This document shows, in pieces, positions 38,611 to 53,184 of a DNA stretch of 64,000 nucleotides. Positions within the stretch are counted from its first letter, which is position 1. The number at the start of each line of letters is the position of its first letter. The notes beneath the pieces were generated by a model. The model had not been told where the DNA came from. It worked only from the letters and a program-made list of their open reading frames with translations, and did not search any database. Position numbers and translations under genes: made by a program. The DNA is from Geosiphon pyriformis uo1 (taxonomy: Eukaryota > Fungi > Glomeromycota): positions 310,001 to 374,000 of the forward strand of contig JAAOMT010000607.1 of the NCBI GenBank assembly GCA_016748015.1. The letters run 5' to 3'.

Positions 38611-39119
38611 CTAGAAGTAATAATCAATAATTAGGAAATCAATATCAAAGTCTTAATTGCTGGTTCCAAACTCCAAACTACCACCCAAATCAAGATTAGT
38701 ACTTATCTCATTATGCCCAAATAATACAGCAACCAATATATGCACTCTCAGTATATCAGACTGCTATACCAGTAATTTATTAACTGCAGCCACAATCTAT
38801 CTATTAACTGTAATTCCAAGTAATCTATCAGCTCCAACAAATTCAAACACTACCACAAATTCCAGTTTAGATAACACTTGGAAACCAAAAACCAAGAATA
38901 ACCCAAAACTGGAGATTGACAATGGTTGTTTACCAGCCAATTTCAAGCTTCTCAAACCAACTATTAAGATTATGCCAGCAGAATACAGGAATTGGGTATG
39001 CCCAAAACCTGAATTCTTATAACTATTTAAGTCTTCTAGTTAGCTCAAAAAATGTCTTACTTAACAAATTAGAGCCCAATCAGAAGCAGCCACTTAATCA
39101 ACAACATTTCACTAGCAAC

Positions 39120-42100
39120 CATCACCAATGACAACTTATTAGAAGCCATCTTTCCTTTTGAACTCAAAAAACCAATAGTAACACTCTTATTTAGTAGAGC
39201 CACTTTCAATGCTAAACCAATTACTGCTATGTACACTAATACAAAAGTTGATGACTATTCTATCAAACTAATTCTTAATAGCAGTTTAGCAGGCAGCATC
39301 ATTATACAACAACTCATGAACCAATTAGATCATTGAGTTGATCATACTGCTAGTGCCAGAATAATAACTGCTAATAGAACAATGAAAACTCCAATTAGCA
39401 AAATCAATAACCTCCTTTTTGAAATTAATGGCATTATTATTTTCATCAAAATATTAGTAATAGAAGCCACCCAATACTAAGCTTTTGTTGGTAATAACTA
39501 GCTGTCTAAAACTAATGCTGTATTCGATTGGATCATGCAAGAATTACAACTCAGTTAAAATGGACAACACATGCGAGTACCAGCAACTTAAGGTCATTTT
39601 AAAACCACTACTATGCCAACACTGCTAATAGAATTCAAAGAAAAAAAAAACTTATCTAAGAAGCATACCAAGTCTTGTGAGCTGACAACAACAACAAGTT
39701 GCTGCCAATACTTTTTTGAAACAATAAAAAAAAAAGAAAACAAACCCAAAGAAACTACCACCACAGAAAAAATAACCAGTGGCTGGAAAAAGTTCTATTT
39801 AACTAATATTAGACAAGAGCCACTATATATACCACTCAGATCCAAAAACTGCAAAAAAAAAGCTGTCTTCTATAGGAGCTTAGATTGTGCCTAATAAAAA
39901 CTACTAAATATATACACACTATTACTGCAAACCATGCCATCATGAACATTATGGCTATCCAAAAAGGCAAGACAAGTAGGACAACAAATCATGTCTCACT
40001 TATGGCAAACAATTGCTTAACAAAAAAATATGGAACAACATTCCAGGTCAAGAAAGAATGTGCAATGCTTCATGTCAGTACACAATTCTCATCAGTAACT
40101 GGATAAGTCATGGAACACCTATTAATACAGTATAGCATCAAGCAGTCTCTTACTTAGATGGCTATTCATATGATAAAAACAAAATCTGGTGAATAGCAAA
40201 TGCCAAAATAGCAGGTGCTTTATCTAGTAAGATTTTGGAAATAAAAAACAACCCACTAGAACCAATGAAAGTTATTTTTATTTCCAACTCAAATGTATTT
40301 TTGGATATTGAAACAGGTCTAAAAAAGTTCTATGAACACTATCAAAATTCAGCACCTACAAAAAAAAAGCAGAAACAGTGTTTAAAACAACTAAACACCC
40401 AATTATGTGATCACTGTTTAATCCCATATGACTTTCAATATTGTAATAAGTGTAACTTCATTTACAATTCACCATTACACATAATCTACATGATTCTAGA
40501 AGAAGAAAAACCAATCAGCTGCTGTGTAGTAGAGTCAAAATTACTGTTTAATTTCAATTCAAACTTTAATAATGATGATAACAAAAACAACAGTTCCAGC
40601 TCAGTCCAAAATAGCAACACTAATAACAACAATTTGGATTCTAATTCAAACTCAAAACAATATATTGCACTTTCTGATCTTTTCAAGGAGCAGAAACTAA
40701 AATAGTTCAGTAATAATGATAAAAGTATTATGCCAGAATGTATGCATAATACTGATACAGGATTTAATTTGAGATATCCAAGGAAAAATACCATCAAATT
40801 AGAACCATATTTGTGCACAAACATTGATTTAAAAATAGCACTGGAAATTCTAGCAATGACAATAATTCAACTAGCATTTAAGAGTAGTTTAGCAAAAAAA
40901 AAATCAACATTAGAAGAAGAATAATTAATGCAAAATACATAGGAAATATTATTGCAATACTACAAAATGACTCAGAAAAAAAAAATATTATTGAACCAAA
41001 TAAAAAAATAGCACAGACAATATTTCTATCTCTGGTTGAGATAACTCAATTAGTATTAGTGAGAAAAAAAGAAAAATTAGGGATAACAGCAAGAAAGATA
41101 AGTGGATTTGGATCCATAAGTAGAATAGATATACCAGTTAACATGGCAGAGGAAAAAGTTATTAACAAGAAAGAAATTATCTTCACCTGTCAATTAATTT
41201 CTATTCTGCCATATAACCAGTACATGTTAGCCATATAAAGGAAAGGAAAGAATCAAGCTCAAATTTTTGAAGTGGAAAGTACAATTTGCAAATCAGAAAA
41301 GATTGGACTTATCAATTTTTACATACTAGCCAAAAGCCTAAAACACATAAAAATTTCCATCCACAATACAACTGGAAACATTATCGAAATACCAAAAAAA
41401 ACTACCATAAGATATTTAAGTACTGAAGTCGAAAAACAACCACCAGACACCATTCCAAATTTTCTACAACTTTGTAAATATGTGGATATCACATTACAAA
41501 CAATATATGGACAAAAAAAATTTTATTTGCATTAGCCAGAACAATTGGAACAAATGAACTTGAAAAATCTAGACCCATTACAATATATGCAACTCAAAAT
41601 ACTACTTAACAATTTTACTAATATCTTTGTCAGTAAAAATAAATTTGGTAGAATTGACATTATCCAGCACTAAATCAAGACTGGAGATACAATATTAATT
41701 AAACAAAGAGCATACAGAGTACCATCAGCAAGTCATGAAATCATTTGACAGGAAATCAACCAGATGTTGAACAATAGGTTAATTCAATCATCAATGAGTT
41801 TATGGTCATTACCAATGGTATTAGTCCATAAGAAGAATAGAAAAATCTGTTTTTGTGTAGATTATAGAAAGCTCAATAGTGTTATTCATAGAAACAGTTA
41901 TTCAACTCCATGAATCTAAGATTTATTTGATGCTTTTGGAGAGAAGAAATGGTTTTCTACTTTGAATTTAGATAGTGGTTATTGACAAGTAGTCATAAAA
42001 CTAGAAGACAAAGAGAAAACTGCATTGACCACAAGAGAAAAGAATTTCAAATTTGAAGTAATGCTATTTGGCTTAACCAATACTCCAGCCACTTTCCAAT

Positions 42101-44366
42101 AATTAATAAAAATTGTTTATACTAGACTGTTGTGAAAATTAGTAGTGGTTTATTTGAATGATACCAATGTATTCTCAAAAACATTCGATGATTATCTTTA
42201 TCATCTTCAGTAAGTGTTCAAGAGATTGAAAAAAGCAGAACTGAAACTAAATGCAATCAAGTGTTTTTTTGGGAAAACAGAATTGAAATTTCTAGGACAT
42301 GTTATAAGCAAAAACAACATCAAAACAGATCCAAACAAGATTAAGGTTGTCAAAAACTTTTCAGTACCAACAAATTTGACAGAGCTATGAGCATTCTTGG
42401 GATTTGCTAGATATTACTGCCACTTTATTCAGAATTTCTCCAAACTGGCCCAACCACTCCACTAGTTTCAAGCCAAAAATGTGAAATATAAATAGAATAA
42501 AGTGCAAAAAGAAGCTTTCGACACTTTAAGAAGAAAGCTTATTTAAGCACCAGTATTAATTTATCCAGATTATAACAAACTATTTATTATTACCACTAAT
42601 ATATCAAGTCAAGCATTAGAAACAGTATTATTACAGAAAAGACTGGATGGAAGAAAACATCCAGTAGTATATATTAGTTACAGCTTAAGTCCAGCTGAAA
42701 AAAACTATGAGACACTAGCACTGGAACACTTAGCTATTTATTGGACAGTCATAAAATAAAAAAAATACTTGAATTAAAAATTTGACATATAAACTGATCA
42801 CAAAGGATTGACATCAATTCAGAAGCAAAAATTTGGAGATGACTACTATGCCAGATAGAAAATAAAACTTGCACTATTCAAATATACAGTACATTATAAA
42901 AAGGAAAAAATAAATAAAAATATTGACAGTTTGTTGCAAATAAGACAAATCTAAGAACATTACAATCCAAAAATATAACAAAAAATGAATACACAAAAAT
43001 ATTAACAATTCCAACACTATATTAATATTCAACAGTTCAAGAAAAAATTATCACCAAAAGAATGGAACAACATAAAACAACAATCCAAATATTTTATTAT
43101 TTACCAAAATATATTATACCAGAAAAACAAAAAAAATCCAAATCAACTACTCAGAATAATTACAAAATTAGAGAAAGAAACAATACTATACAACATGCAC
43201 TTAAATCTGACAGCAGAATACTTTCATAAAAAAGCAACCATGAAAAAAACCAGAAAAAGATATTACTGGCCATCAATGTATTCAGATATCATTTAATATG
43301 TTCAAAATTGTGATGCTTGTCAAAGAAAAGGAGAAACAAGACCCAGTGAATTACTAAGACCAATTAAAGTGAGACAACCATTTAACAGAATTGGAATTGA
43401 CTTAGTTGGACTATTAACAATAACCAATAGAAGCAACCATTATATAGCAGTAGTTATAGACTATCTCACAAAATGGCCAGAGATGAAAGCAATTCAAAGT
43501 GCAGATGCAGAATCCATAGCCAAATTTGTTTACCAAGATTTGATTTGTTAACATAGATATCCAAAAAATTGTTATCAGATCAAAAAACTCACTTTGTAAA
43601 CAGAACATTAGCAGAATTAAGCCAAAAATTTAGGATCAAGAGACTATTATTATCATCATATTATTCACAAACAAATGGTTTAGTCAAAAAGTTTAATAGA
43701 ACATTGTGTGAAACAATTGCCAAAATCAGTCAAAAAAACCAGAACAAATGGGATTTGTTTATTTTATTAGTATTATTTGCTTATTGAACAATGAAACAAG
43801 ATACCACACAAGCAACACCATTTGAATTTGTTTATAATAGAACAGCAATATTACCAATAGAAATAGACATTAACACATATCCAACAGAACTAATAACAAA
43901 AACCAATTTTCAAAAAACATTACTAAAAAAAACATACAAATTAATAGAAACACTAGAAAACAAAAGACAAAAAGCAGCTGAGAACATTCAAAAGTCACAG
44001 AAAAAACAAAAAAAATGACATGATAACCAGTTACTAAACAAACCAATAGAATTCAGAATTAGAAACAAAGTATTATTATATTATACCAAAGCAAAAAAAC
44101 AATGGAATAGAAAATTTGACCCCAAATAAGACAGACCATTTCACATAGAAGAAATTCTAAAAAATAGAGCTTATAAATTAAGATGGAACAACAAAATTTT
44201 AGCCAAAGCAGCATATAATAATCAATTAAAACCATACCATAGTATAGTATTATCATCAACCAATAATATTCTACAATTGGAAGTATAAAAAATACTAGTT
44301 CAACCAGAAAAAATTCCACAAGATCTAGAACCAATAATAATCATCAACATGAACATGTTAAATTGA
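39120..44366 (+). pseudogene. pol: pol of copy D (PR, Cys-rich insert, dUTPase ~40730-41120, RT, RH, IN)
   Basis: CDHCLIPYDFQYCNKCN; HNTDTGFNL; FCVDYRKLN; PFNRIGIDLVG..DYLTKWPE; QTNGLV. Confidence 0.93.
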
Positions 44367-44418
44367 GACATCAAAACTTTATATAAAAAATCAGCATATG
44401 ACAAAAGATACTAGAAAA

Positions 44419-44818
44419 ATGGAAATTACTAACAATATTTACACACTGGCACAACAACTCTTCTAACTGATTCAACAACAAATATGAAAATTATAATTAA
44501 CCAACAAATCATTTGATATAAAGATACAAAGAAAAAACTCCAATACAAAATACAAAAAAAACCAAAAAACATCCTTAACAAGATAATTCTAAAAGTAAAA
44601 ATAACAATAGAAGTATAAACAAAAGTTATACCATATCAAGAATTAATCAAAGAAATTTGGAACTGGTGGATACAACAATTTTCAAGAAACTTTTGTTATT
44701 TTTACTTGGAACAACACTTAAACATTTAGAACTTATATATGGATAAAACAAAGTGATTATTTGATACAAAAATACTAGAACAACTAAAACAATTTATGAG
44801 AAAAAACAATTTAACTAC
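44419..44818 (+). pseudogene. ORF3 of copy D, 5' part (continues at 55912-56143)
   Basis: MEITNNIYTLAQQLF...WNWWIQQFSRNFCYFYLEQHLNI. Confidence 0.8.
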
Positions 44819-45589
44819 TGTTACAAGTGATTATTTGAAGTCTCAGATCAAATAACAAACCTGTAACTTGGTGCTTAATTGATAAGCTGATGATAATATC
44901 TGAAGGTGTTGTTTATCTAAAGGTTTTTGTTGTGGAGTTTTTTGTATAATAGACAGAAATTTAATTAATGGTTTTATCCGTAGCTTCCTGAAACTGCAGT
45001 TTCGTCAAATTTTTTTCTTAGCATAGTGGCCAGTAATCCTCCTGGTAAGCTATTCTCAAATCTATGAGTGTTCTACCCTTGTTTCATGAGTTTTTTACCA
45101 GTTTCTATGATGTCTGTATTTCAGTGCTTAATCCTTAATCAATTTAGTAAAAACCAAAGAAATAACAAAAGAAATAAAAGAAAAATAAAAGAAAAAATAA
45201 AGAAACAAGTAAAAGCAATTGCAAGTTAGTATCCTGTCAATAGCCATGATCAAGAGCTATTGTTCCAGTGTAGTTAAGTATCAATTACTATCAACATAAA
45301 GTGTTGATAATGGAGAGTGGAGTTTTAAGATAGAGAATAATTATTTTATTGATATTTGTGAATTGGAAGATTGCTTAGATAAAATCTAAACTGAGAGGTC
45401 TCTAACTAAAGAATTCTGCTTTTTCTACTTCTAATGCTATCACTATATATACATAATTGATGTTCTACAAGATTGCTCACATTCTTGAGCAATGTGCTAT
45501 GATTTCTTGAGCAATGTGCTCACATGCTAACTACTTATTCTCTTATTGGTTTACTATTTTCTTATATCTGTTTTTTTTTATGAGTAACA
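44819..45589 (-). repeat. 3' LTR of copy E (771 bp)
   Basis: TG...CA termini, PPT at 45590-45604, direct repeat of 55007-55907. Confidence 0.95.
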
Positions 45590-45602
45590 TTATTTTCTTC
45601 TT

Positions 45603-46238
45603 TTAATATTGAGCTCTATCAAAATCTTCATTTTGAATTAGCTCTAATACTTTTTTTTCAAGTAGCATTTGTTCTACCCTACTCTTTATTTCTTCAATTT
45701 GTGAGTTATTTATTTTTTCTCACTGGTTAATGGTTATTGTTCCTATATCAGAGTGTAACAATACTTCCAGGTAGTTTTGAAATATGTTGTACAATTGGTA
45801 AATTGTTCTAACATGTAGTATTGAGTTTGTTTTCTTTTTGATAAATTCTTCAATTTGTTGTATTATGTTCTGGTTAAATATTCTCTTGGATTTGTTAATA
45901 TACAACTCCTGAATATTCAACTTTCGTTCTAACTGGTAATAGCAATATGATATTAGAAATTGTTTTGTCTATTGCTTCCAATTCTTTTTTGTAAGTTTTT
46001 CTGTTAGTACCATAATAGGTATTTTCCCAAAAGTGTTCTTCACTTTTTCTATTATATTATCTGACCAGTTTTTATCATTTCTTAGTAAATGCTGATATGA
46101 TGTATTCTTTGTCTTTTTTTTAGTGTTTCAATAGCAAATTGTTTGGTTGTTAACAATAATTTCTATGTCTAAAGATTGTTAACTTAAAGCCTGGAATAAT
46201 TGTTGAGCTATGGTGTGAATATGATTTGGTATTTCCAT
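45603..46238 (-). pseudogene. ORF3 of copy E (divergent type)
   Basis: MEIPNHIHTIAQQLFQ...LNIQELYINKSKRIFNQ...EDFDRAQY*. Confidence 0.78.
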
Positions 46239-46299
46239 TTTTCTTGGTTGATTTTATTGCATATACTGTGTTTTTATATACTCTTTTTTTTTATTGTTT

Positions 46300-49200
46300 G
46301 ATTTTATGTGTTTGAACCAATGATTATAATTGGTTCTAGATCTCATAAAATCTCATCTGGTTGAACTAGTATTTGTTGTACTCCCAATTGTGGAATGTTA
46401 TTGGTAGATAATGATGCTATTTGGTAATATGGTTTCAGTCAATTACCATGTACTGCTTTGGCTAAGATTTTGTTGTCTCATCTTAATTTATAAGCTCTAT
46501 TTCCAAGAATTTCTTCTATGTGAAATAGTCTGTCCTATTTGGGATCGAATTTTCCACTCTATTGTTTTTCCACTTTGGTATGATATAGAAGTACTTTGTC
46601 TCCAATTTTGAATTCAACTGGTTTATCTAGTAGTTGGTTATCATGTCTTTTTTTTTGTTTCTCTTGTGACTTTTGGATGTTATTAGCTGCTCTTCACCAT
46701 TTGTTTTTTAGTGTCTCCATTAAGTTATATGTTCTTCTTAGCAATGTTTTCTGAAAATTGTCTTTAGTTATTGGTTCTGCTGAATAAGTGTTGACTTTTA
46801 TCTCAACTGGTAATGTTGCTGTTCTACTGTATACCAATTCAAATGGTGTTGCTTGTGTAATATCTTGTTTCATTGTTCAATAAGCAAATAGTACTAATGA
46901 TATGAACAAATCCCATTTGTCCTGGTTTTCTTAACTGATCTTGGCGATTGCTTTATACAATGTTCTGTTAAACCTTTCAACTAATCTATTTGTTTGTAGA
47001 TGGTATGGCAATAATAATGGTTTTTTGATTCCAAATCTTTGACTTAATTCTGCTAATGTTCTATTCACAAAGTAAGTTCCTTGATCAAATAATAATTTTT
47101 TTGGACATCCATGTTGACAGATTAAATCTTGGTGAACGAATTCAGCAATGAATTTTGTATCTGCTCTTTAAATGGCTTTTGCTTCTGGCCATTTAGTGAG
47201 ATAATCTATGGCTACTGCAATATATCTGTTGCTTCTGCTGGTAACTGTTAATGGTCTGACTAAGTCAATTCCAATTTGATCAAATAATTGTTTTACCTTG
47301 ATTGGTCTTAATTGTTCACTTGGTTTTGTTTTTTCTCTTTTTTGACAAGCATTACAATTCTGAATATATTGAATGATGTCTGAATACATGGATGACCAAT
47401 AGTATCTTTTTCTGGTTCTTTCTATGGTTGCTTCTTTATGAAAATGTCCTGCTGTTGGATCTGAGTGCATGTTAAACAATATTGTCTCTTTTTCTGGTTC
47501 TGTAATTACTTTGGTTAGTTGGTCTGGATTTTTTCTGTTTTTCTAGTAAAGTATATTTTGATAATTGATAAAATATTTTGATTGCTGTTTTATGTTGTTT
47601 TGTTCTTTTTAAGATAATTTCTTTTTAAACAATTGAGTATTTATATAATGCTAGAGTTGTTGGTATTTTTGTGTATTCATCTTTTGTTATATTTTTGTTT
47701 TCAATTGTTTGAGTTTTTGTTATATTTTTGGGTTTGAAATGTTTTAGATTTGTCTTATTTATGACAAACTGTCAGCATTTCCATTGTCTTTTCTCTTTTT
47801 ATAATATACTGTAAATATATATGATGATAGTGCTATTTTCTATCTTGCATGACAATTATCTCCAAATTCTTGCTTCTGGATTAAAGTCAGTTCTTTGTGA
47901 TTAGTATACACATCAAACTTTTGACTTAAGTATTCTTTCTATTTGATAACAGCCCAATAGATAGCTAAGTGTTCTAATACTGGAGTTCCATAGTTTTTTT
48001 CAGCTGGATTTAAGCTTCTACTGGTATAAGCTACTAAATGTTTTCTTTCATCTGGTCTTTTTTGTAATAATATGGCTCCCAATGCTTGGCCTAATACATC
48101 GGTAGTAATGATGAATGGTTTGTTGTGATCTGGATACATAAACATTAAAACTTGAATAAGCTTTTGTCTTAGTGTGTTGAATGCTTCTTGTTGAGCTTCT
48201 GTTCATTCATACTTTACATTCTTAGTTTGTAAATGATGGAGTGGCTAAACCAGTTTGGAAAAGTTCTTGATAAAACAGCAATAATAGCCTGCAAATTCCA
48301 AAAATGCTCTTAGTTCTGGCAAGTTTGTTAGTACTGAAAAGTTCTTTACTATTGCAATCTTGTCTGAATCTGTCTTGATACCGTTTTTGCTCACAACATG
48401 TCCTAAAAACTTAAGTTCTGTTTTTCCAAAGAAGCATTTGTTGGCATTTAGTTTCAATCTGGCTTATCTGAGTCTTTCAAATACTTGTTGGAAATAATGC
48501 AGATGATCATTGAATGTTTTTGAGAACACATTGGTGTCATCCAAGTATACAACTACTGATTTCCATAGCAGTCTAGTATAGACAATTTCCATAAGCCATT
48601 AAAATGTTGCTGGAGCATTTATTAAGCCAAATGGCATTATTTTGAATTCGAAATTCCCTTTTTATGTTGTGAAAACTGTTTTCTCTTTGTCTTCTGGCTT
48701 CATGGCTACTTGCCAGTAATCACTATCTAAATCTAATATTAAGAACTATTTATTTTTTCTGAAAGCATCAAACAATTCTTGGATTTTTGGAGTTGAGTAG
48801 CTATTGCCTTTAATTACTCTATTCAGTTTCCAGTAATCCACACAAAAGCGAATTTTTCTATTCTTCTTATGAACTAGTACCACTGGTGATGACCATTGAT
48901 TCATTAATGACTGAATTAGTCCATTGTTAAGCATCTGATTGATTTTTTAACAAATAATCTTATGACTAGCTGATGGTACTCTGTATGCTCTTTGTTTAAT
49001 TGGTATTGCATCTCCTGTCTTGATCTGATGTTGGATGATGTTAGTTCTGCCAAATTTGTTTTTGCTGACAAAGATGTCATTGAAATTGTTGAGTAATATT
49101 TTTAATTGCATTTGTTGAAGTGGGTCTAGATTTCTTATGTTCATCTGTTCTAATTGTTCTGATTGGAGCAGATAATATTCGTTTCATTTGTAGATGGTTT

Positions 49201-52200
49201 GTGATGTGATGTTCACATATCCACAAAGCTGTAGAAAGTCTGGAATGGAGTTTGGTGGTTGGTCTTCCACTTCTGTGCTTAGATATCTAATAATGGTTCC
49301 TTTTGGTAAGTCTATAACATTTCCCATGTTGTTGTAGATAGAAATTTTGATGTTTTTGGGACTGTTGGCTAATATGTAAAGATTAGTGAGTCCAATCTCT
49401 CCTGATTTACAAATAGTGGCTTCTGTTTTAAACACTTGAGCTTAATCTTTTACTTCTTTTTTTATGGCTAACATATACTCATCATATGGTGAAATAGAAA
49501 TTAGTTGATGGGTTGAGATAATTTCTCCTTTGTTAACAATTTCTTTTTCTACTATATTAACTGGTACATCTATTCTATTCATTGATCCAAATCTCTGTAT
49601 CCCTCTTGTTGTAATTCCTAATTCTTCTCTGTTTCCCACTAACACTAACTGGGTTATTTTCATCAGAGGTAAGAATATTGCCTGTGCTATCTTTTCATTT
49701 GACTCTATAATGTAGGCTTTTTCTGAGTCATTTTGTAGCATGGCAATGATATTTCCTATATATTCTGCATCAATTATTCTTTCTCTGATGTTGATTTTTT
49801 TTTCCACTAAATTACTTCTAAATGCTAATTGAACCATAATTGTTGCTGAAATTTCCAAAGCTATTTTGAGATCAATGTATATATGCGAATGTGATTCCAA
49901 TTTTATGGCTTCTTTTCTTAGATATCTCAAATCAAACCCTGCATCAGTATTATGTACACGTTCTGGCATGATACCTTTATTATTATCACTGAACTATTTT
50001 AGTTCCTGTTCCTTGATGAGATTAGGGAGTGCAATATATTGTTCAGAGTTTGAATCAGAGTCCGATGTTATTGGAGGTTTTTGGTCTCTTTTCTTGAATG
50101 TTGTAACTGTCTGTTGGTAATGTTGATTTGCTGTGAATTCACATTCTCAGGAAGTAGTTGAACCTTCAGTAACTGAATTTATCTTCAAATTATCTTCTAT
50201 AATTTGAACTGCTGGGCTTATAAGTAGAATGGCCAATTCCTTGCCAGTTACTTTATGTAGTTACGTTGTAGTAAATATTAACTTTTTCCCAGAAATTACT
50301 CGTCTGAAAGCTCACTAAAAATGTGTAGTTACTTTGCTGTAAAAGTCAACTCTTCTACAGGAATCTTGTCTGTAGGCTACCTTAATGATTATAATAATAA
50401 AATAAAAGAAAAAAAATAAAGAAATATAAAAGAAATTGAATTCTGTCAAGAGAAATGTTTTCTATCCAGACCTGGAGTCACTAACAGTTTACTAAAATTG
50501 GTAGCTAATCAATTTCAAAATGTTAGTTGGGTTTTGGGGATTTTCCAAGTGCAATAATTAAAGAATTTGGTTTTTCAAATTATTTGATATTTATTTTTTT
50601 TTGTGTGTATAAGAATGGTTCTAAGTGATAAATCTAAAGTAAGATACATTTTTTTGAAGAGAAAAGCTCTTTTTTTATACAACTTGTTGTAGTACTAGTT
50701 TATGAATTTGCACTTTTTCTCTTTGCTCAAATTTCGGCAAACTAAAGATACATTTTGATGAACTACAAGTTATTTTGCTGAACTATTGATTAATTTGGGT
50801 GAACTATTCATAATTTCAGCAAATTTTCATAAATTTCGGCAAATTTCTTATAAATTTTGGCGAATTTTAGAATGTTTCAAAGTTCAGAGTATTGTGTAAT
50901 TTGATCATCCTACTTTTTTTGTTATACTAATTGGATTATTTAATTGAATTGTAATATGTGATAATTGATTAAATAATAAATAATAATTTGAAATGATATT
51001 AATATGTTAATTTAATTATAGGAATTATAAGGGTAATTTCATGCTAATTAATAGCTGAAATTCTACTGGTAATATCGAATTGTTGTTATTTTCATTGTCA
51101 TATTGAGCAGAGCTAGAACTGGTGTTTTTGTCATTATCATTGTCAGAGTTTGAATCAGAATTGAAAACTGATTCCAATTCTGATGTGCAGTTGCTTATTG
51201 GTTCGTTTTCCTTTGGGATTATATAGATTATGTACAATAGTAAATTGTAAATGAGGTCACACTTATTACAATATTGGAAGTCACAGAGAATTAAGCAGTG
51301 TTGACATAGTCAAGTATTTAACTGTTTTAGACATTGCTCTTGCTCTTCTCTAGTGGGTGCTAATTCCTGGTAGTGTTCATGGAATTGTTCCAGATCTAGA
51401 AGATTTATAACTGGTTCTGGGTTCCAGTCAAGCTCTATGAGTTCTGGTGAGTTGTTTTTGATTTCTCTAATTTCTTCAGATAATGCTTCTTCTATTTTGG
51501 TTATTGCCATTTTTCATATCTCATCATCATTGTGTGGACAACTGTCTAATTGCTGTACAGCTTTTCTCCAGACAGCTTTTATTGGTATTTTTTTTTTTAA
51601 CCCAGTTGCTGATAAGAATCATGTACTAGCATGAAGTATTGCATGTTCCTCTTTGACCAGGAATGTTGTTCCACATTTTTTTGTCAAGACAAGATTCATT
51701 GTCCTATTTTTTTTGCCATTTTGGTCATCTAAAGCATTCTATAATGCATGCACAGCAATAGAATTTGGTTGCTGTTTGGTATTCCTCATTATTGCCACAG
51801 CATGCACCTATTGATGACAATTTCTTGCCACAATCAATGCATATCAGCTTTGATTGATGATAGCTTGATTGTTGTGATGGTATATATGTATAAGAAGTGT
51901 AAATAGCAGTTGGCAGTGGCTCTTCTTCCTTCACTTTTCCTTTCTTTTTCTCTCTTCTATCTCATTCCCAAGTTGTTAGTTCTTTTGAATTATAATTGGT
52001 TTTCCAAGCTTGGTCAGAATTCCAGGTAAGTTCTTTCTTTTGTTTTCTTTTTCCTTGGTCATTCCATGTTGGTACTAATGGCAATTTGTTGTGCTTGGTG
52101 TTAGTCCAGAAAACTTAATATGCTTCCCAGGTAGGTTTTTTTTTCTCTTTCTCGAATTCAATAAGTGGTGCTGGTGTGGTATTAGTCCTGAAGTAACCAC

Positions 52201-52680
52201 ATGTGGCTGGTATTCATATGTGTCTACCATTCTGACTTAGTTAAAGCTCTTGTGTCATCCAGTTGAGTATAGCATTAGTTTTGACTAGCCAGTTATTACC
52301 AATAAGAGCTTGATACTGAGTGGCTTCCATTACTAGGACTTTGATAAGTATAGTGATGTCATTGACTTCAAAGAAAAAGTTATCAATTTTACTAATAGGA
52401 GTTTTAGTCACTCTATTGGCTGTAATGATTCTGGCACTAGCAGCACAGTTAACTCAGTAACCTAATTGATTCATGAATTGCTTAATAATAATAATGCTGC
52501 CAGCTGATCCACTATCTAGGATCAGTTTGATGATGTGGCCATCAGCTTTCACATTAGTATACATGGTGATAATTGGTTTGGTGTCAAGAGCAGCTCTACT
52601 GAATAATGGGATTGGTGTGGTTTCCTCGAGTTTGAAAGAAAAAATAGCTGCTAGAGATTCATTGTTGGAAATGGTTGCTG
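46300..52680 (-). pseudogene. pol: pol of copy E (dUTPase 49580-49969; YLDD at 48536-48547), interrupted by a solo LTR
   Basis: HNTDAGFDL, IIDAEYIGNI, TRGIQRFGSM; RFCVDYWKLN; HSDPTAGHF..CNACQ; DYLTKWPEA. Confidence 0.93.
50066..51074 (-). mobile_element. Solo LTR, family 2 (1009 bp), inserted just upstream of the dUTPase in copy E
   Basis: Reverse complement of 31187-32106. TSD CCGA at 50062-50065 and TCGA at 51075-51078. Confidence 0.9.
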
Positions 52681-53184
52681 GTAGTATATTGTTGATAAGT
52701 GGTTGTTGCTGATTGGATTCTCAGGTATTGAGTGAGACGTTTTCTGGAGTTACTAGAAGACTTAACTAGTTCTAGGAACTTGGGTTTTGAATATATCCAG
52801 TCTCTGAACTCTGCTGTTATGATTTTGATGGCTGGTTAGATGAACTGGGAATCAGTTGGTGAACAATTATTGCTGATTTCCAGTTTTGGATGACTTTTGA
52901 TTTAAGGTTTCCTGATGTTATCTGAGCTGAGTTTGATGGTGGTGTTTGAACTGCAGGTGTTTAATAAATTATTTGAGACTGCGGTAATTGATATATTACT
53001 GGTGGCTGTGGTTGATAAACTGGAGATTGATATATGGATAGTTGATATATTGACTGTTGTGTTATAAACAGATAAGTTGGTTGATATGGTGCTGGATTGA
53101 ATTGGTAACTCGGAGTTGGAAACTGGTGATTAGGGTTTTAATATTGATTTCCCAATCATTGGTTATCTATTCTTAACCTACAGT

